From assembly GCA_020344395.1 (NCBI GenBank), contig CP070824.1:2823609-2871027 (forward strand): 47,419 bases of DNA, read 5' to 3'. Each line of letters begins with the position of its first letter. Within the stretch, counting starts at the first letter, position 1. The translations under genes and the position numbers were made by a program. Source of the DNA: Candidatus Zixiibacteriota bacterium (GTDB lineage: Bacteria > Zixibacteria > MSB-5A5 > GN15 > FEB-12). The notes beneath the pieces are model-generated. The model searched no databases and was not told the origin of the DNA. It worked only from the letters and a program-made list of their open reading frames with translations. Shown in pieces: positions 6,715 to 15,574 of this stretch.

Positions 6715-9700
6715 GGCATCTCCCGCACTATCACCATCCGTGTCAACCTGGTCCGCGTTGGCTGTCTCCGGACAGTTGTCGCACAGATCACCAACACCAT
6801 CAGAATCCATATCCTCCTGCCCCGAATTCCAGTCCAAGGCACAGTTATCCAAGACATCAGCCACACCATCGCCGTCATCGTCTTCGTCACAAGCATCGCC
6901 CAGCCAGTCACCGTCCGTGTCAACCTGATCAGCGTTATAGACGCCATCACAGTTGTCGCAGGCATCTCCGGCACCGTCGCCATCGCTGTCTGCTTGGTCA
7001 GGGTTGTAGACAGTCGGGCAGTTGTCCGACGTGGCATAGATATCATCAAGATCGCCGTCACCCAGCAAAAACACATATACGCGCCCAGCTTCATAACCAG
7101 CCGCGCCCTGCACATCGGCACCCACAATCAGGTCCTGGATACCGTCGCCGTTGACATCAGCAGTTGAAAGAGCGCACCCAAAACCATCACCATGTATTGT
7201 GGGGTAGATTATTTCTTCATGATCGAAGGACTGGAGTCTCGAGCCATCCAGGCCCGAAAACAAAGTGACTCGTCCTACTCTGCCCATACTGGCAATGGCA
7301 TAGTCATCATGACCATCCATGTCCACATCTCCCAGGCCACACATCGAATTGCCCAGGTACTCGCTATGAGTTTTGCCCAGATACTCTCGGATGACGGAGC
7401 CGTCCTGACCAGAGAGTATTCTCACCAATCCTCCAAATACAACCCCACTGAAGCTGTAACTCGCATATGACCACAACAAATCGGTGCTGCCGTCTGCATT
7501 CACATCACCTGCCGCCGCGACACGCCGGTTACCCCCGAGCAGTTGGACATAGAAGCTGTACATCAGACTATGATCTCGTCCCGAATTCACACGAGTTGAA
7601 GTGGCGCACGGCGCGTACGACGCCATCGCATAGTCTGCATAGCCATCACGGTCCATGTCTCCAACATCAGCCAGGATCCGTCCGAAAGTGTTACAGCCCT
7701 GTTGACGATGTAACAGTAAGCCGTCCGGACCGGAGAGTACATATACCCTGCCCAGCAAGCCCTCCCCGGGCTGCGGGGCCCCCACGATTATATCAGGATA
7801 GCCGTCCTTGTCCATATCCCCACCGCCGGAGACAGCTGTTCCGAAGAGGTCCGCTGATCTCTCTCCGCACATCGAGTAGACCTGTTTGTAAGTCGCACCA
7901 GAAACCACTGATATACGACCTGCAAGATAATCACATAAACTGCTGCGGGGCGCGCCGATAACGAAATCGGCTCGCCCATCATCGTCGATATCACCGATTC
8001 CGGCTACTGCTGAACCGAAAGCTTCGTCCGGAAAGGATCCGTCAAGGCGAGCAACCAGCTGACCCTGACTGCCACTGTACACGTAGACACAACCGGCATC
8101 CTGCTTGTACCCGGTCTTGAAGTCGTCAACATCGTGACCTGGAGCACCCACCGCTATATCGTCTATGCCGTCACCGGTCACATCACCTATGCCGGCTACC
8201 GAACGCCCGAAAAACTCGTTGGCCGTATCAGGTGTGAATACATAATAGTACTCTGCCTCTTCGGTACAGATATCACCCACGCCGTCACCGTCACTGTCAA
8301 GCTGGTCGGGATTGGCCCGGCCCGGACAATTGTCGCAGGGACCGCCAAAACTGTCACCGTCACGATCAGACTGATCCGGATTGGGAGTATCCAGGCAGTT
8401 GTCGCAATCATCACCGACCCCATCACCGTCCATGTCTGCCTGCTCCGGCTGATAGATGTCCGGACAGTTGTCACAAAGATCCCCCAGACCGTCAACGTCA
8501 CCGTCCGCCTGATTGGCGTTGGCTATCAATGCGCAGTTATCCTGAAGATCCGGCACTCCATCACCATCATCATCGTCATCACAAACATCACCGACACCGT
8601 CGCCATCAAGATCGGCCTGATCCTTGTTGGCCAGGCTCGGACAGTTGTCACAGGCATCACCTGAACCGTCACCATCACTGTCGGCCTGATCAGGATCATA
8701 GTCAGTCGCACATATGTCACATAGGTCACCAACACCATCGGCATCACCATCTGACTGGTCGGCGTTGGGAATGTCAGGACAATTGTCATCATCATTCGCG
8801 AAACCATCACCGTCATGGTCAGGATCGCACTCGTCACCGATGTTGTCGTTGTCAAAGTCGGCCTGTTCCCAGTTGGCCAGAGCGGGACAATTATCACAGA
8901 TATCTCCAATAGCGTCACCATCAATATCCGACTGATCGGCATTAGGATCATCCGGGCAGTTATCGCAATAATCACCTTTGCCGTCCCCGTCGGAATCGCC
9001 GCCACACGAAAACAGGATGGATGTCACGTCCGGAATACCCCAACCCCAGTCATTGTCCGGCTCGGAGGCCCGACTGGCTGTCTCGAGCATAGCCCGGCGC
9101 ACCATTCGAGGCGTCATATCCGGGTGGGCCTGAACAACAAGACAGGCCACCCCGGCGACAAGTGGTGCGGCAACAGAAGTGCCGCTTCCCCCTCCATTGT
9201 ACGAACTGTCACTGGTGATACCAGCACAGTATACTGCCTCCATCTGCGCACAGAGTTCCGGTTTTATCCGTCCATCATATGTTGGCCCTCGAGAGGAAGA
9301 CGAATGCAAAGCTCCGGATCGGTCTACACCTCCTACGGCGATTATGTCAAACGCATCAACAGGAGGGGCGATGCTGGCCGACGCCGGACCGTCGTTGCCG
9401 GCGGCGTTGCAGAGGACAATACCAAGCTCCGCTGCCGTATTGGCAGCCAGGGTCACCACCGCTGTTCGACCATCACAATCTTCCGGCTCGTACCAGACAG
9501 GGTAGCCCAGCGATGAACTGACCACATCCGCTCCGACCGAATCACAGAACTCCAGACCCGCCACCCAATTGTCTTCCTCGACAGGTGTCTCAGACCTCAC
9601 ATCCTCGGTCTTGCAGATGACGAAATTGGCCTCGTAAGCTGGACCATAGAGCCTCCCGTCAGCCTCACCGCCCGCTATTGACCAGATCGCTGTACCATGA

Positions 9701-10539
9701 ACCCAGGCCTCCGGGTCATCTTCAGGCTCGTTTGCGGTCTCACTGTCATCAAAGACAAAATCGTATTCGGCCAGCAGCCGCCCCTCGGCAATGATCCTAG
9801 CAAACGCCTCATGGCTTTTCCTGAAACCATCGTCCAGGATACCAAGTGTGACCCCTTTGCCGGTGAAATCTTCAAGGTGCGCAAACGGAACGTTCAGCAT
9901 GGCTAACTGATTATACGATGGCCCGTAGTCAAGTATACTCAAAGACTGGCGAAAAGTACCTCTGGTATCAACGCTGCTGTCCGCAACCTGAAGTTCCGGC
10001 CGCTTGCTCGCAGCCACAGGCTCAAGACGCACTACAAACGGCAACTTACCTATAGCATCAAGACGATCTGTCGGAATCTCGAAACTGGCTGCATTCAGCC
10101 AACGGGAAGTACGGCGAAGTCTCCCCCCAAGAGCAACCACCCGGTCGACATACTCCTGAACCACCGGCAAATCTGCGAACAGAATCCTGTCCCGGCCCAT
10201 CTTGGCCCGACGAGTCTTCGCTCGCACCGTGAGACTTACGCTGGAAACAAGACGAGCATACTCCTGATTGGTCGTGACCCCTTTGTCCGTGAAAAACACC
10301 CACACCCTGGCGCTCTCGCTATCCCGCGCGATCAAAAACCCGCGGGCGCGCTCCGACAACGGCTGAGCAGACCTCGCAATCCGAACCGGCCCCTCCGTAA
10401 GAGCCCCCTCAATAATCTGGCGTGAATTATAGCGGGCCGCTCCGTCAGAACGCTCCGCCCCGTAAACCTGAGTAGTCCCTGCGACTATCCACGTAATTAA
10501 GGCTAATTGCCCGAATAATCGACTTGATGACAATTCCAT
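6487..10539 (-). CDS. Subtilisin-family (S8) serine peptidase fused to thrombospondin type-3 repeat arrays, an FG-GAP integrin-alpha-like propeller and a C-terminal dockerin-like module
   Basis: 1350-aa ORF with SD AAGGAGAGGA and a signal peptide. S8 motifs read directly: GILDDG (Asp), HGTAIWSIAGG (His), AAGNDG (oxyanion Asn), GTSVAAPLVAG (Ser). There are many DxDxDGxGDxCDNC repeats and FG-GAP repeats (FGRSVAGIGDVTGDGIDD, FGSAVAGIGDIDDDGRAD, and others). Confidence 0.92.
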   Translation of the reverse strand: MELSSSRLFGQLALITWIVAGTTQVYGAERSDGAARYNSRQIIEGALTEGPVRIARSAQPLSERARGFLIARDSESARVWVFFTDKGVTTNQEYARLVSSVSLTVRAKTRRAKMGRDRILFADLPVVQEYVDRVVALGGRLRRTSRWLNAASFEIPTDRLDAIGKLPFVVRLEPVAASKRPELQVADSSVDTRGTFRQSLSILDYGPSYNQLAMLNVPFAHLEDFTGKGVTLGILDDGFRKSHEAFARIIAEGRLLAEYDFVFDDSETANEPEDDPEAWVHGTAIWSIAGGEADGRLYGPAYEANFVICKTEDVRSETPVEEDNWVAGLEFCDSVGADVVSSSLGYPVWYEPEDCDGRTAVVTLAANTAAELGIVLCNAAGNDGPASASIAPPVDAFDIIAVGGVDRSGALHSSSSRGPTYDGRIKPELCAQMEAVYCAGITSDSSYNGGGSGTSVAAPLVAGVACLVVQAHPDMTPRMVRRAMLETASRASEPDNDWGWGIPDVTSILFSCGGDSDGDGKGDYCDNCPDDPNADQSDIDGDAIGDICDNCPALANWEQADFDNDNIGDECDPDHDGDGFANDDDNCPDIPNADQSDGDADGVGDLCDICATDYDPDQADSDGDGSGDACDNCPSLANKDQADLDGDGVGDVCDDDDDGDGVPDLQDNCALIANANQADGDVDGLGDLCDNCPDIYQPEQADMDGDGVGDDCDNCLDTPNPDQSDRDGDSFGGPCDNCPGRANPDQLDSDGDGVGDICTEEAEYYYVFTPDTANEFFGRSVAGIGDVTGDGIDDIAVGAPGHDVDDFKTGYKQDAGCVYVYSGSQGQLVARLDGSFPDEAFGSAVAGIGDIDDDGRADFVIGAPRSSLCDYLAGRISVVSGATYKQVYSMCGERSADLFGTAVSGGGDMDKDGYPDIIVGAPQPGEGLLGRVYVLSGPDGLLLHRQQGCNTFGRILADVGDMDRDGYADYAMASYAPCATSTRVNSGRDHSLMYSFYVQLLGGNRRVAAAGDVNADGSTDLLWSYASYSFSGVVFGGLVRILSGQDGSVIREYLGKTHSEYLGNSMCGLGDVDMDGHDDYAIASMGRVGRVTLFSGLDGSRLQSFDHEEIIYPTIHGDGFGCALSTADVNGDGIQDLIVGADVQGAAGYEAGRVYVFLLGDGDLDDIYATSDNCPTVYNPDQADSDGDGAGDACDNCDGVYNADQVDTDGDWLGDACDEDDDGDGVADVLDNCALDWNSGQEDMDSDGVGDLCDNCPETANADQVDTDGDSAGDACDCCLFVTGNIDNDPAHIVDIGDLTRLIDYLFISYVEPVCPDEANVDGLGSIDIGDVTKLIDYLFISFDPLAECP
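6715..7029 (-). repeat. Thrombospondin type-3 (TSP3) calcium-binding repeat array, coding, inside the S8 peptidase gene
   Basis: Repeated DNCPxxxNxDQxDxDGDGxGDxCD units, for example DNCPTVYNPDQADSDGDGAGDACDNC. This periodic GAC/GAT-rich DNA leaves several alternative frames open. Confidence 0.85.
8263..9003 (-). repeat. Thrombospondin type-3 repeat array (about 12 units), coding, inside the S8 peptidase gene
   Basis: Runs from GDSDGDGKGDYCDNCPDDPNADQSDIDGDAIGDICDNCP to CDNCPGRANPDQLDSDGDGVGDIC. Boundaries were read from the reverse complement at ~9003 and ~8263. Confidence 0.85.
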
Positions 10540-10705
10540 AGTTTCCTCTCCTTAGGTCCCATTACAGACAACTGGCTGAACACTTCAACCATGTTACACT
10601 ATAAGGACCCCCCCCGCGGAACTCTGATTGCAGCAAGCTCCAGACTGAGACAATGGCACCGCGTATTGAATACCATCCTCTCAGACAGATCCCTAATATA
10701 CTACC

Positions 10706-10733
10706 AATATAACTACGTTCCCCGATCAAGCAA
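10706..10733 (-). promoter_or_regulatory. Candidate promoter inside the conserved intergenic block, upstream of the S8 peptidase gene
   Basis: Minus strand: TTGCTT, 16-nt spacer, TATATT. Homologous to 6430..6457. Confidence 0.35.
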
Positions 10734-10760
10734 GATGAAACTCAAGGCCCAACTATCGTA

Positions 10761-10988
10761 TCACAAGCAGTCTGCGAGCGGGTCATAGCTAATGAAGAGA
10801 TAGTCGATCAATTTGGTCACATCGCCGATATCGACCGATCCCAGGCCGTCAACATTCGCAGCATCGAGGCACTCCGGCTCCTCAAGGGTAATGAAAAGGA
10901 AGTTGATAAGCCCTGTTAGATCACCGATGTCAACGGTGCCGAGGGGATCGTTATCTACGTTGCCGGTTGTGCCGGTGCAGCAGGCCGA
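10761..10988 (-). repeat. Cys-framed dockerin-like module, C-terminal copy
   Basis: SACCTGTTGNVDNDPLGTVDIGDLTGLINFLFITLEEPECLDAANVDGLGSVDIGDVTKLIDYLFISYDPLADCL-stop. Confidence 0.85.
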
Positions 10989-12596
10989 TCCTCCGGATAT
11001 GGCATCCACCAGAACAGGCGCGTACTCCCCGGCATAGGTGACGAACTTCGGCAGGAAGACAGCATAACCGGCCATCGATATGTCGTATGCCTCCGGCGGC
11101 ACCGCCATTGATCCTCTGAAGAAGACCGACAGCACTGGCGCAGCACCCGGACTGAGCGAAGAACTGCCGTCGGAGGATGCCTTCATGGTGACCGTCAGCC
11201 GGTAGTGACTTATATCGAAATTGAGAATATTCTGGACCTCAAAGAACTCTGTCCGCAGACCTGCCGTGCTGATAGAATCAAAACTGAGAGTGTACGGGCC
11301 CTCCCAGCAGATGGGTATTATCATCTCGGTAAGCGGAACAAAATTACGCACAAATATGTCCACGCGCACGATCTGGTCCGGCAGACCGCCGCTGACATCG
11401 GCCCGCATGGTATCCGCATACGCCGAAACCAATCCGGGCAAAGTCTTGGTCCGCACACCGTCCGACGTGCTCGCTGTGAATTGGACGTTAAAGTGCCCCG
11501 GCTGCGTGTATTCGTGTGAACAATTCTGCATCGTTGAACCGGAGCCGTCGCCGAAGTCCCATTCACAACTGTCTATCTGTACACCCGGCACATCAGATGT
11601 GAAATCAACCAGCAGCGGAGTCGGACCGAAAGTGTTCACGGCCTCGACATGGACGGGTTTGTATTCTATGTAATTCGCGGCATAACCAATACTCGAATAA
11701 CCGTACGGGATGAGCATATAGCCGCCCTCTCCCCATCCGGGACCCCATGAGTTGCGCATAAACCAGACCCCGGCCGGGCCCTGGTTGTCATCCCAGCCAA
11801 CCAGCACCACGGCATGGTTGATCGTACCCTGCTCATTGACGTTGAACACGCCGCCGTTATATGCCTGCATAGCCGGACCGGCATAAACACACACCGAGAT
11901 CGGCCCATACTCCACGATAGCCTGCTTCATCGCCTGCACACTGGGTACGCCGGAACTGGTGCCGATGTACATCCAATCCTCGATCAGATAAGGATGCGGA
12001 TCCGGGCCGCCGCAGGGACCATCGGTGGCTGTATACGGATAATCAGATTCTAAAACGGCCCCGGTGCTGTCGTCCAGTCCCGGTTTCCACTCATGGTAAT
12101 CGTGTGCAAACCACCCCCCGCCGCAATCCCAGCCGTTGCGATTACATCTCAGGAGCCACTGCTCGGACAGATCAACACTCACCCCTTCCGCTATCCTGAT
12201 GTTACATTCGAGGGCTCCCACGGTGCTGAACGCCCAGCAGCTTCCGCAGCCTCCTTGATTTCTGACCGGGGTGACACCGTCCAGAGCGCGCCAGTCAAAA
12301 GTAGCCGGGAGCTCGACCGTCATGGCTTCCACCATCGGGTCGAAATCCGCTCCGTCACGCCAGTCCTCAGGCTCCACCATACCACAGAGTTCTTCAAGCG
12401 AGTATTGTGTGGCCGCATTCTCACCCACATCAAACGTCCACCCTTCAACGCGGGCTCGCTCCTGCAATTGCACCAGGTCTCCGGGAGTAAGCTGAGCCAG
12501 AGAGCGGTCGGCAATCATGCAAAACGATATGACTATTCCGGTAAGAATAATAACAGGGCAAGCTGTCAATGGTCTGCGACAAAAGGGGCGAATCAC
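10761..12596 (-). CDS. Papain-family (C1) cysteine peptidase with PKD domain, a beta-rich cohesin-like(?) segment and C-terminal dockerin-like module
   Basis: 611-aa ORF with a GTG start preceded by GGAGAGGAG, plus a signal peptide. C1 motifs: QGGCGSCWAFS (Gln/Cys), NHAVVLVGWD (His), NSWGPGWGEGGY (Asn/Trp). PKD signature is WDFGDGSGS. Confidence 0.92.
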   Translation of the reverse strand: MIRPFCRRPLTACPVIILTGIVISFCMIADRSLAQLTPGDLVQLQERARVEGWTFDVGENAATQYSLEELCGMVEPEDWRDGADFDPMVEAMTVELPATFDWRALDGVTPVRNQGGCGSCWAFSTVGALECNIRIAEGVSVDLSEQWLLRCNRNGWDCGGGWFAHDYHEWKPGLDDSTGAVLESDYPYTATDGPCGGPDPHPYLIEDWMYIGTSSGVPSVQAMKQAIVEYGPISVCVYAGPAMQAYNGGVFNVNEQGTINHAVVLVGWDDNQGPAGVWFMRNSWGPGWGEGGYMLIPYGYSSIGYAANYIEYKPVHVEAVNTFGPTPLLVDFTSDVPGVQIDSCEWDFGDGSGSTMQNCSHEYTQPGHFNVQFTASTSDGVRTKTLPGLVSAYADTMRADVSGGLPDQIVRVDIFVRNFVPLTEMIIPICWEGPYTLSFDSISTAGLRTEFFEVQNILNFDISHYRLTVTMKASSDGSSSLSPGAAPVLSVFFRGSMAVPPEAYDISMAGYAVFLPKFVTYAGEYAPVLVDAISGGSACCTGTTGNVDNDPLGTVDIGDLTGLINFLFITLEEPECLDAANVDGLGSVDIGDVTKLIDYLFISYDPLADCL

Positions 12597-12715
12597 TAAG
12601 AACTCCTCTCCAGGGCTGGTCTGTTCTGCCGCCAGCGGGCGCGTGTTGAAGTTAATCTATATCATAAAGATATGCAGCATTTCATCATTGTCAACAAATC
12701 ACTAACCAGGGACAC

Positions 12716-12946
12716 CTATGGACACGGCGCGGTTGGCGTATACGGCGGAATAAACAGGAAACCTATAAGTTTAGTCAGGTCGCCCATATCAACAGATCCA
12801 AGACCATCGGTATTGGCTTCCTCCATGCAAACCGGTTCCTCAAATGTTATGAACAGAAAATTGATCAGTTCCGTCAGATCGCCGATGTCGCAGATGTCAT
12901 CCGGATCATTATCGACGTTGCCGGTCAGTCCCACGCAGCAACCGGC
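12716..12946 (-). repeat. Cys-framed dockerin-like module, C-terminal copy
   Basis: AGCCVGLTGNVDNDPDDICDIGDLTELINFLFITFEEPVCMEEANTDGLGSVDMGDLTKLIGFLFIPPYTPTAPCP-stop. Confidence 0.85.
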
Positions 12947-15088
12947 CGAAGTAACCGAAACATCGTCAATGTACCAACCCTCCTGATTTACATAACCATC
13001 CGAACCGAACCGGAACATTATTTGCACTACCCCTGAATAGGCTGACAGGTCGAAATCGGCCATTGTCCAGGAATGACTCCCCGAGTAGCAGGGTGTATAG
13101 GGCTCGAACGGGCTGGCCACATTCGGTACGATGGCGTAAGGGTATCCGCCCGAAGGGGTGATCTGAGTCCACACTCCGTCCCCCGACGATATCATGACGA
13201 CAGCACCATCCCACGCCATGCCCGGTTCGGCGTCAATCTCCGCATCCATCCAGTGCCAGAAGCTCAGCGTCGCATTGATAGGAAGCAAGAATGGGGGCGT
13301 AACAAGACCGGCATCCATCACGTCAGCATAATTGCCTGTCCCGGTCCCCCCCGCCTTCCAACTGGTAACACCGCTGTAGGCTCGGCTTGTCTCCAGGTGC
13401 CACTGGTCGTTATAGGCCGGAGTAACCGGCGAGTGTGTCCAATAACCCTCACCGGATTCCATCATGTCTTCGAATCCGGGTGTGTCGCCGACAAAGACCC
13501 TGAGCGTATCGGTGATGGAATACCCTCCATCGCACGACACCTCCAGGACAAAGACAGCAATATGGGGATCAGGACAGGATGGACTGACGGAGAATTCAAA
13601 CGCGGATTGCGTCGTGCCGGTATCTCCCCATACAATGGTACTTTCGAAGTCGGCTGATGATACATCGATACTAATATATGAATCGTCTGTCGACAGCGTT
13701 CCGGTGGTGTTAGTGGCATCCCAGCCCCGATTGACGATATCAACGGAAAGTGACATCGACTCGCCGGGATCGGCATGCCCGTCGCCATCGCCCGAGTTCT
13801 CCGCCACCACCTGACCGTAATAGACAATCACCGGCTCCGTCTGCGGGTAGATGTGCGTTATCATAAACTCCTCTTCGTACGGACAGACCTCCCCCGTGAT
13901 CCAGTAGCAATAAAGGCTGTCGAGAACATACCAAGCTGTGGAATTACCGGCCCAGCCGTAGTTCATGTGATATTCGTATTGACCGCCTTGCTCGCGGTAG
14001 CCGTCACACACGATGGAGTGCATATTAATGCGGTACTGAATCGGCCGACTGTTGTCGATCTCCTCCTGGACCAGCCCGTACCAACCCGCCTGGTCGTAAT
14101 CTGCTCGATTCACTCGGCGGATCTCCGGGCTGTATTTGTAAAACGTGGAAAACACGGTCGTAGCTCTTGAGACCGAAGCGCCGGAACCACAGACGCCGTA
14201 ATTCATATCAAAAGCCACGCCCGTCTCATAGTTCAACTCGGCCAGCGCCTCTCCCTGTGCAGTCGTATAGCCCAGATCCACGCTGTCGATCATATTGGCC
14301 CAGTCATACGGATCGGAAAAATCCGCCGTCAGCAAACCGCCCCCTACATCACCGCCACATGACTGATCGCCATCCCATGTATAGGAATAAGATCCAAATC
14401 CGCTGGCGGGCCACTGCCAGTAATACAGAATCTGGGCAGCCGCTGTGGCGACACAACCCACAACGCAGGTGCCGCCATCACCCTCCGGACACAGATCGTT
14501 ATACGGTGGCCCCTGGTTCCAGCTTGACGTCAGCAAAGGTCCCGCTTGTTGTGGAGACTGAACACGCTGCATGCCCACATCCCGCACGAATTGCTCGTGG
14601 GAGACGGTCAGTTTGTCCCACTGTGCGCTCTGACTGCGCGCGAACAGCAGCTCGCCCGTGGTTGGTTGCTCTGCATCCAGACTGCCATACAACTCCACAT
14701 ATGCCGACAAACGCTCGGATAAAACCTCCCTGACAAGCTGGACCATCCCGCCGTCGTCACCAACGTCAAACCCTGAGTGTTCGGAGTACAACTTAACGGG
14801 CATCATTTCTTTAAGCACAGGAACCAGTACGAAGCCCGAGGGCGAAATGTGGTAACACCTGGCCAGCACAGTATCACCCGACTTCAATTCTTCTGCGTAC
14901 GTCACCTCCGGGTCATCGCTGCCGGCCCAGCTGCCAAAATCGTACACTACCTGAGTCAGCCAGTTTTCACTTACACGGTCCATCTCCTGTTCTGATGCCA
15001 CTGTCGCCTGAGCAGGTTGCCATCCCACCATCACAACCAGCATGCAGGCTGCCCAAAAAAGAATCTGCTGCCCTATGAACTCCCTCAT
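12716..15088 (-). CDS. Streptopain-family (C10) cysteine peptidase with N-terminal pro-region, CARDB-like and MAM/choice-of-anchor-J-like domains and C-terminal dockerin-like module
   Basis: 790-aa ORF with SD GGAGG 8 nt upstream. Signal peptide is ...VVMVGWQPAQA. C10 motifs: CVVGCVATAAAQILYYWQWP (Cys) and MHSIVCDGY (His). The assignments of the downstream domains are pattern-level guesses. Confidence 0.88.
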   Translation of the reverse strand: MREFIGQQILFWAACMLVVMVGWQPAQATVASEQEMDRVSENWLTQVVYDFGSWAGSDDPEVTYAEELKSGDTVLARCYHISPSGFVLVPVLKEMMPVKLYSEHSGFDVGDDGGMVQLVREVLSERLSAYVELYGSLDAEQPTTGELLFARSQSAQWDKLTVSHEQFVRDVGMQRVQSPQQAGPLLTSSWNQGPPYNDLCPEGDGGTCVVGCVATAAAQILYYWQWPASGFGSYSYTWDGDQSCGGDVGGGLLTADFSDPYDWANMIDSVDLGYTTAQGEALAELNYETGVAFDMNYGVCGSGASVSRATTVFSTFYKYSPEIRRVNRADYDQAGWYGLVQEEIDNSRPIQYRINMHSIVCDGYREQGGQYEYHMNYGWAGNSTAWYVLDSLYCYWITGEVCPYEEEFMITHIYPQTEPVIVYYGQVVAENSGDGDGHADPGESMSLSVDIVNRGWDATNTTGTLSTDDSYISIDVSSADFESTIVWGDTGTTQSAFEFSVSPSCPDPHIAVFVLEVSCDGGYSITDTLRVFVGDTPGFEDMMESGEGYWTHSPVTPAYNDQWHLETSRAYSGVTSWKAGGTGTGNYADVMDAGLVTPPFLLPINATLSFWHWMDAEIDAEPGMAWDGAVVMISSGDGVWTQITPSGGYPYAIVPNVASPFEPYTPCYSGSHSWTMADFDLSAYSGVVQIMFRFGSDGYVNQEGWYIDDVSVTSAGCCVGLTGNVDNDPDDICDIGDLTELINFLFITFEEPVCMEEANTDGLGSVDMGDLTKLIGFLFIPPYTPTAPCP

Positions 15089-15263
15089 CTATCAATCCTC
15101 CAGTTCAGGGTACATACATTTATCACGATTAGGTCAACGTTTAGTCATTAACTGTTCCGGCGCAGGCCGGCGAAGTGAAGGGCTGAGTGGGTAGACACGG
15201 GTCTAACCCGCAGTACCTATATAAGTTACTGATTTTTCAGACATTGTCAACGTCAATTCCGGC

Positions 15264-15303
15264 GCTAGAAAATGGCCCCTCGACTCGCGCCGGTCGAGGG
15301 GCC
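15264..15303 (-). terminator. Rho-independent terminator downstream of the 15332..19222 gene
   Basis: Perfect 11-bp GC-rich stem GGCCCCTCGAC / GTCGAGGGGCC (15274-15284 and 15293-15303) with an 8-nt loop. On the minus strand it is followed by ATTTTCT. It lies 29 nt after the stop codon. Confidence 0.75.
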
Positions 15304-15331
15304 AATGTTCTTTCAATTGCAGACTGCGACT

Positions 15332-15574
15332 TTACCGGCAGTTGACAGGCGGATCATTTGGCGGAATGAACAGGTAGATGATCAGGGCCGTAAGGTCACC
15401 GATATCGACTACTCCGTCGAGACTGCCGTTGATGTTTGCCTCCTCTTCGCAGCACAGCGGATCCGAGGCTCCTGTTATAAACAGATACTGTATAAGTCTG
15501 GTCAGATCACCCACATCAACCGCTTCACCGACATCGCAGTTGACGTTTCCTCTCATATCAATACAGCAGCCAGA
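15332..15574 (-). repeat. Cys-framed dockerin-like module, C-terminal copy (most divergent)
   Basis: SGCCIDMRGNVNCDVGEAVDVGDLTRLIQYLFITGASDPLCCEEEANINGSLDGVVDIGDLTALIIYLFIPPNDPPVNCR-stop. Confidence 0.8.

Noticed and set aside
8529-8912. His/Arg-rich and Thr/Val-rich ORFs in several frames across 6650-9520, 17200-18050, 24690-25450 and 28820-29390.
   Set aside because: They are alternative-frame read-through of periodic GAC/GAT/GGC-rich DNA that encodes TSP3-type DxDxDGxGDxCD repeats. They sit entirely inside well-supported long minus-strand genes.
6715-9003. Strong short-period repetition in the DNA that could be mistaken for a CRISPR array or satellite.
   Set aside because: There are no constant repeats separated by unique spacers. 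The periodicity is at the codon and protein-motif level and is in frame with the S8 peptidase gene.
10813-11037. Plus-strand ORFs with recurring 'VRSPISTxPxPS...SSxHSGSS...KRKLIS' peptides. The same pattern occurs at 12672-12986, 15378-15632, 24233-24667 and 28211-28459, and looks like a conserved gene family.
   Set aside because: They lie exactly antisense to the conserved dockerin-like modules. Their apparent conservation is a mirror image of the minus-strand coding conservation. They have no SD or start context, and the minus-strand genes explain the region.
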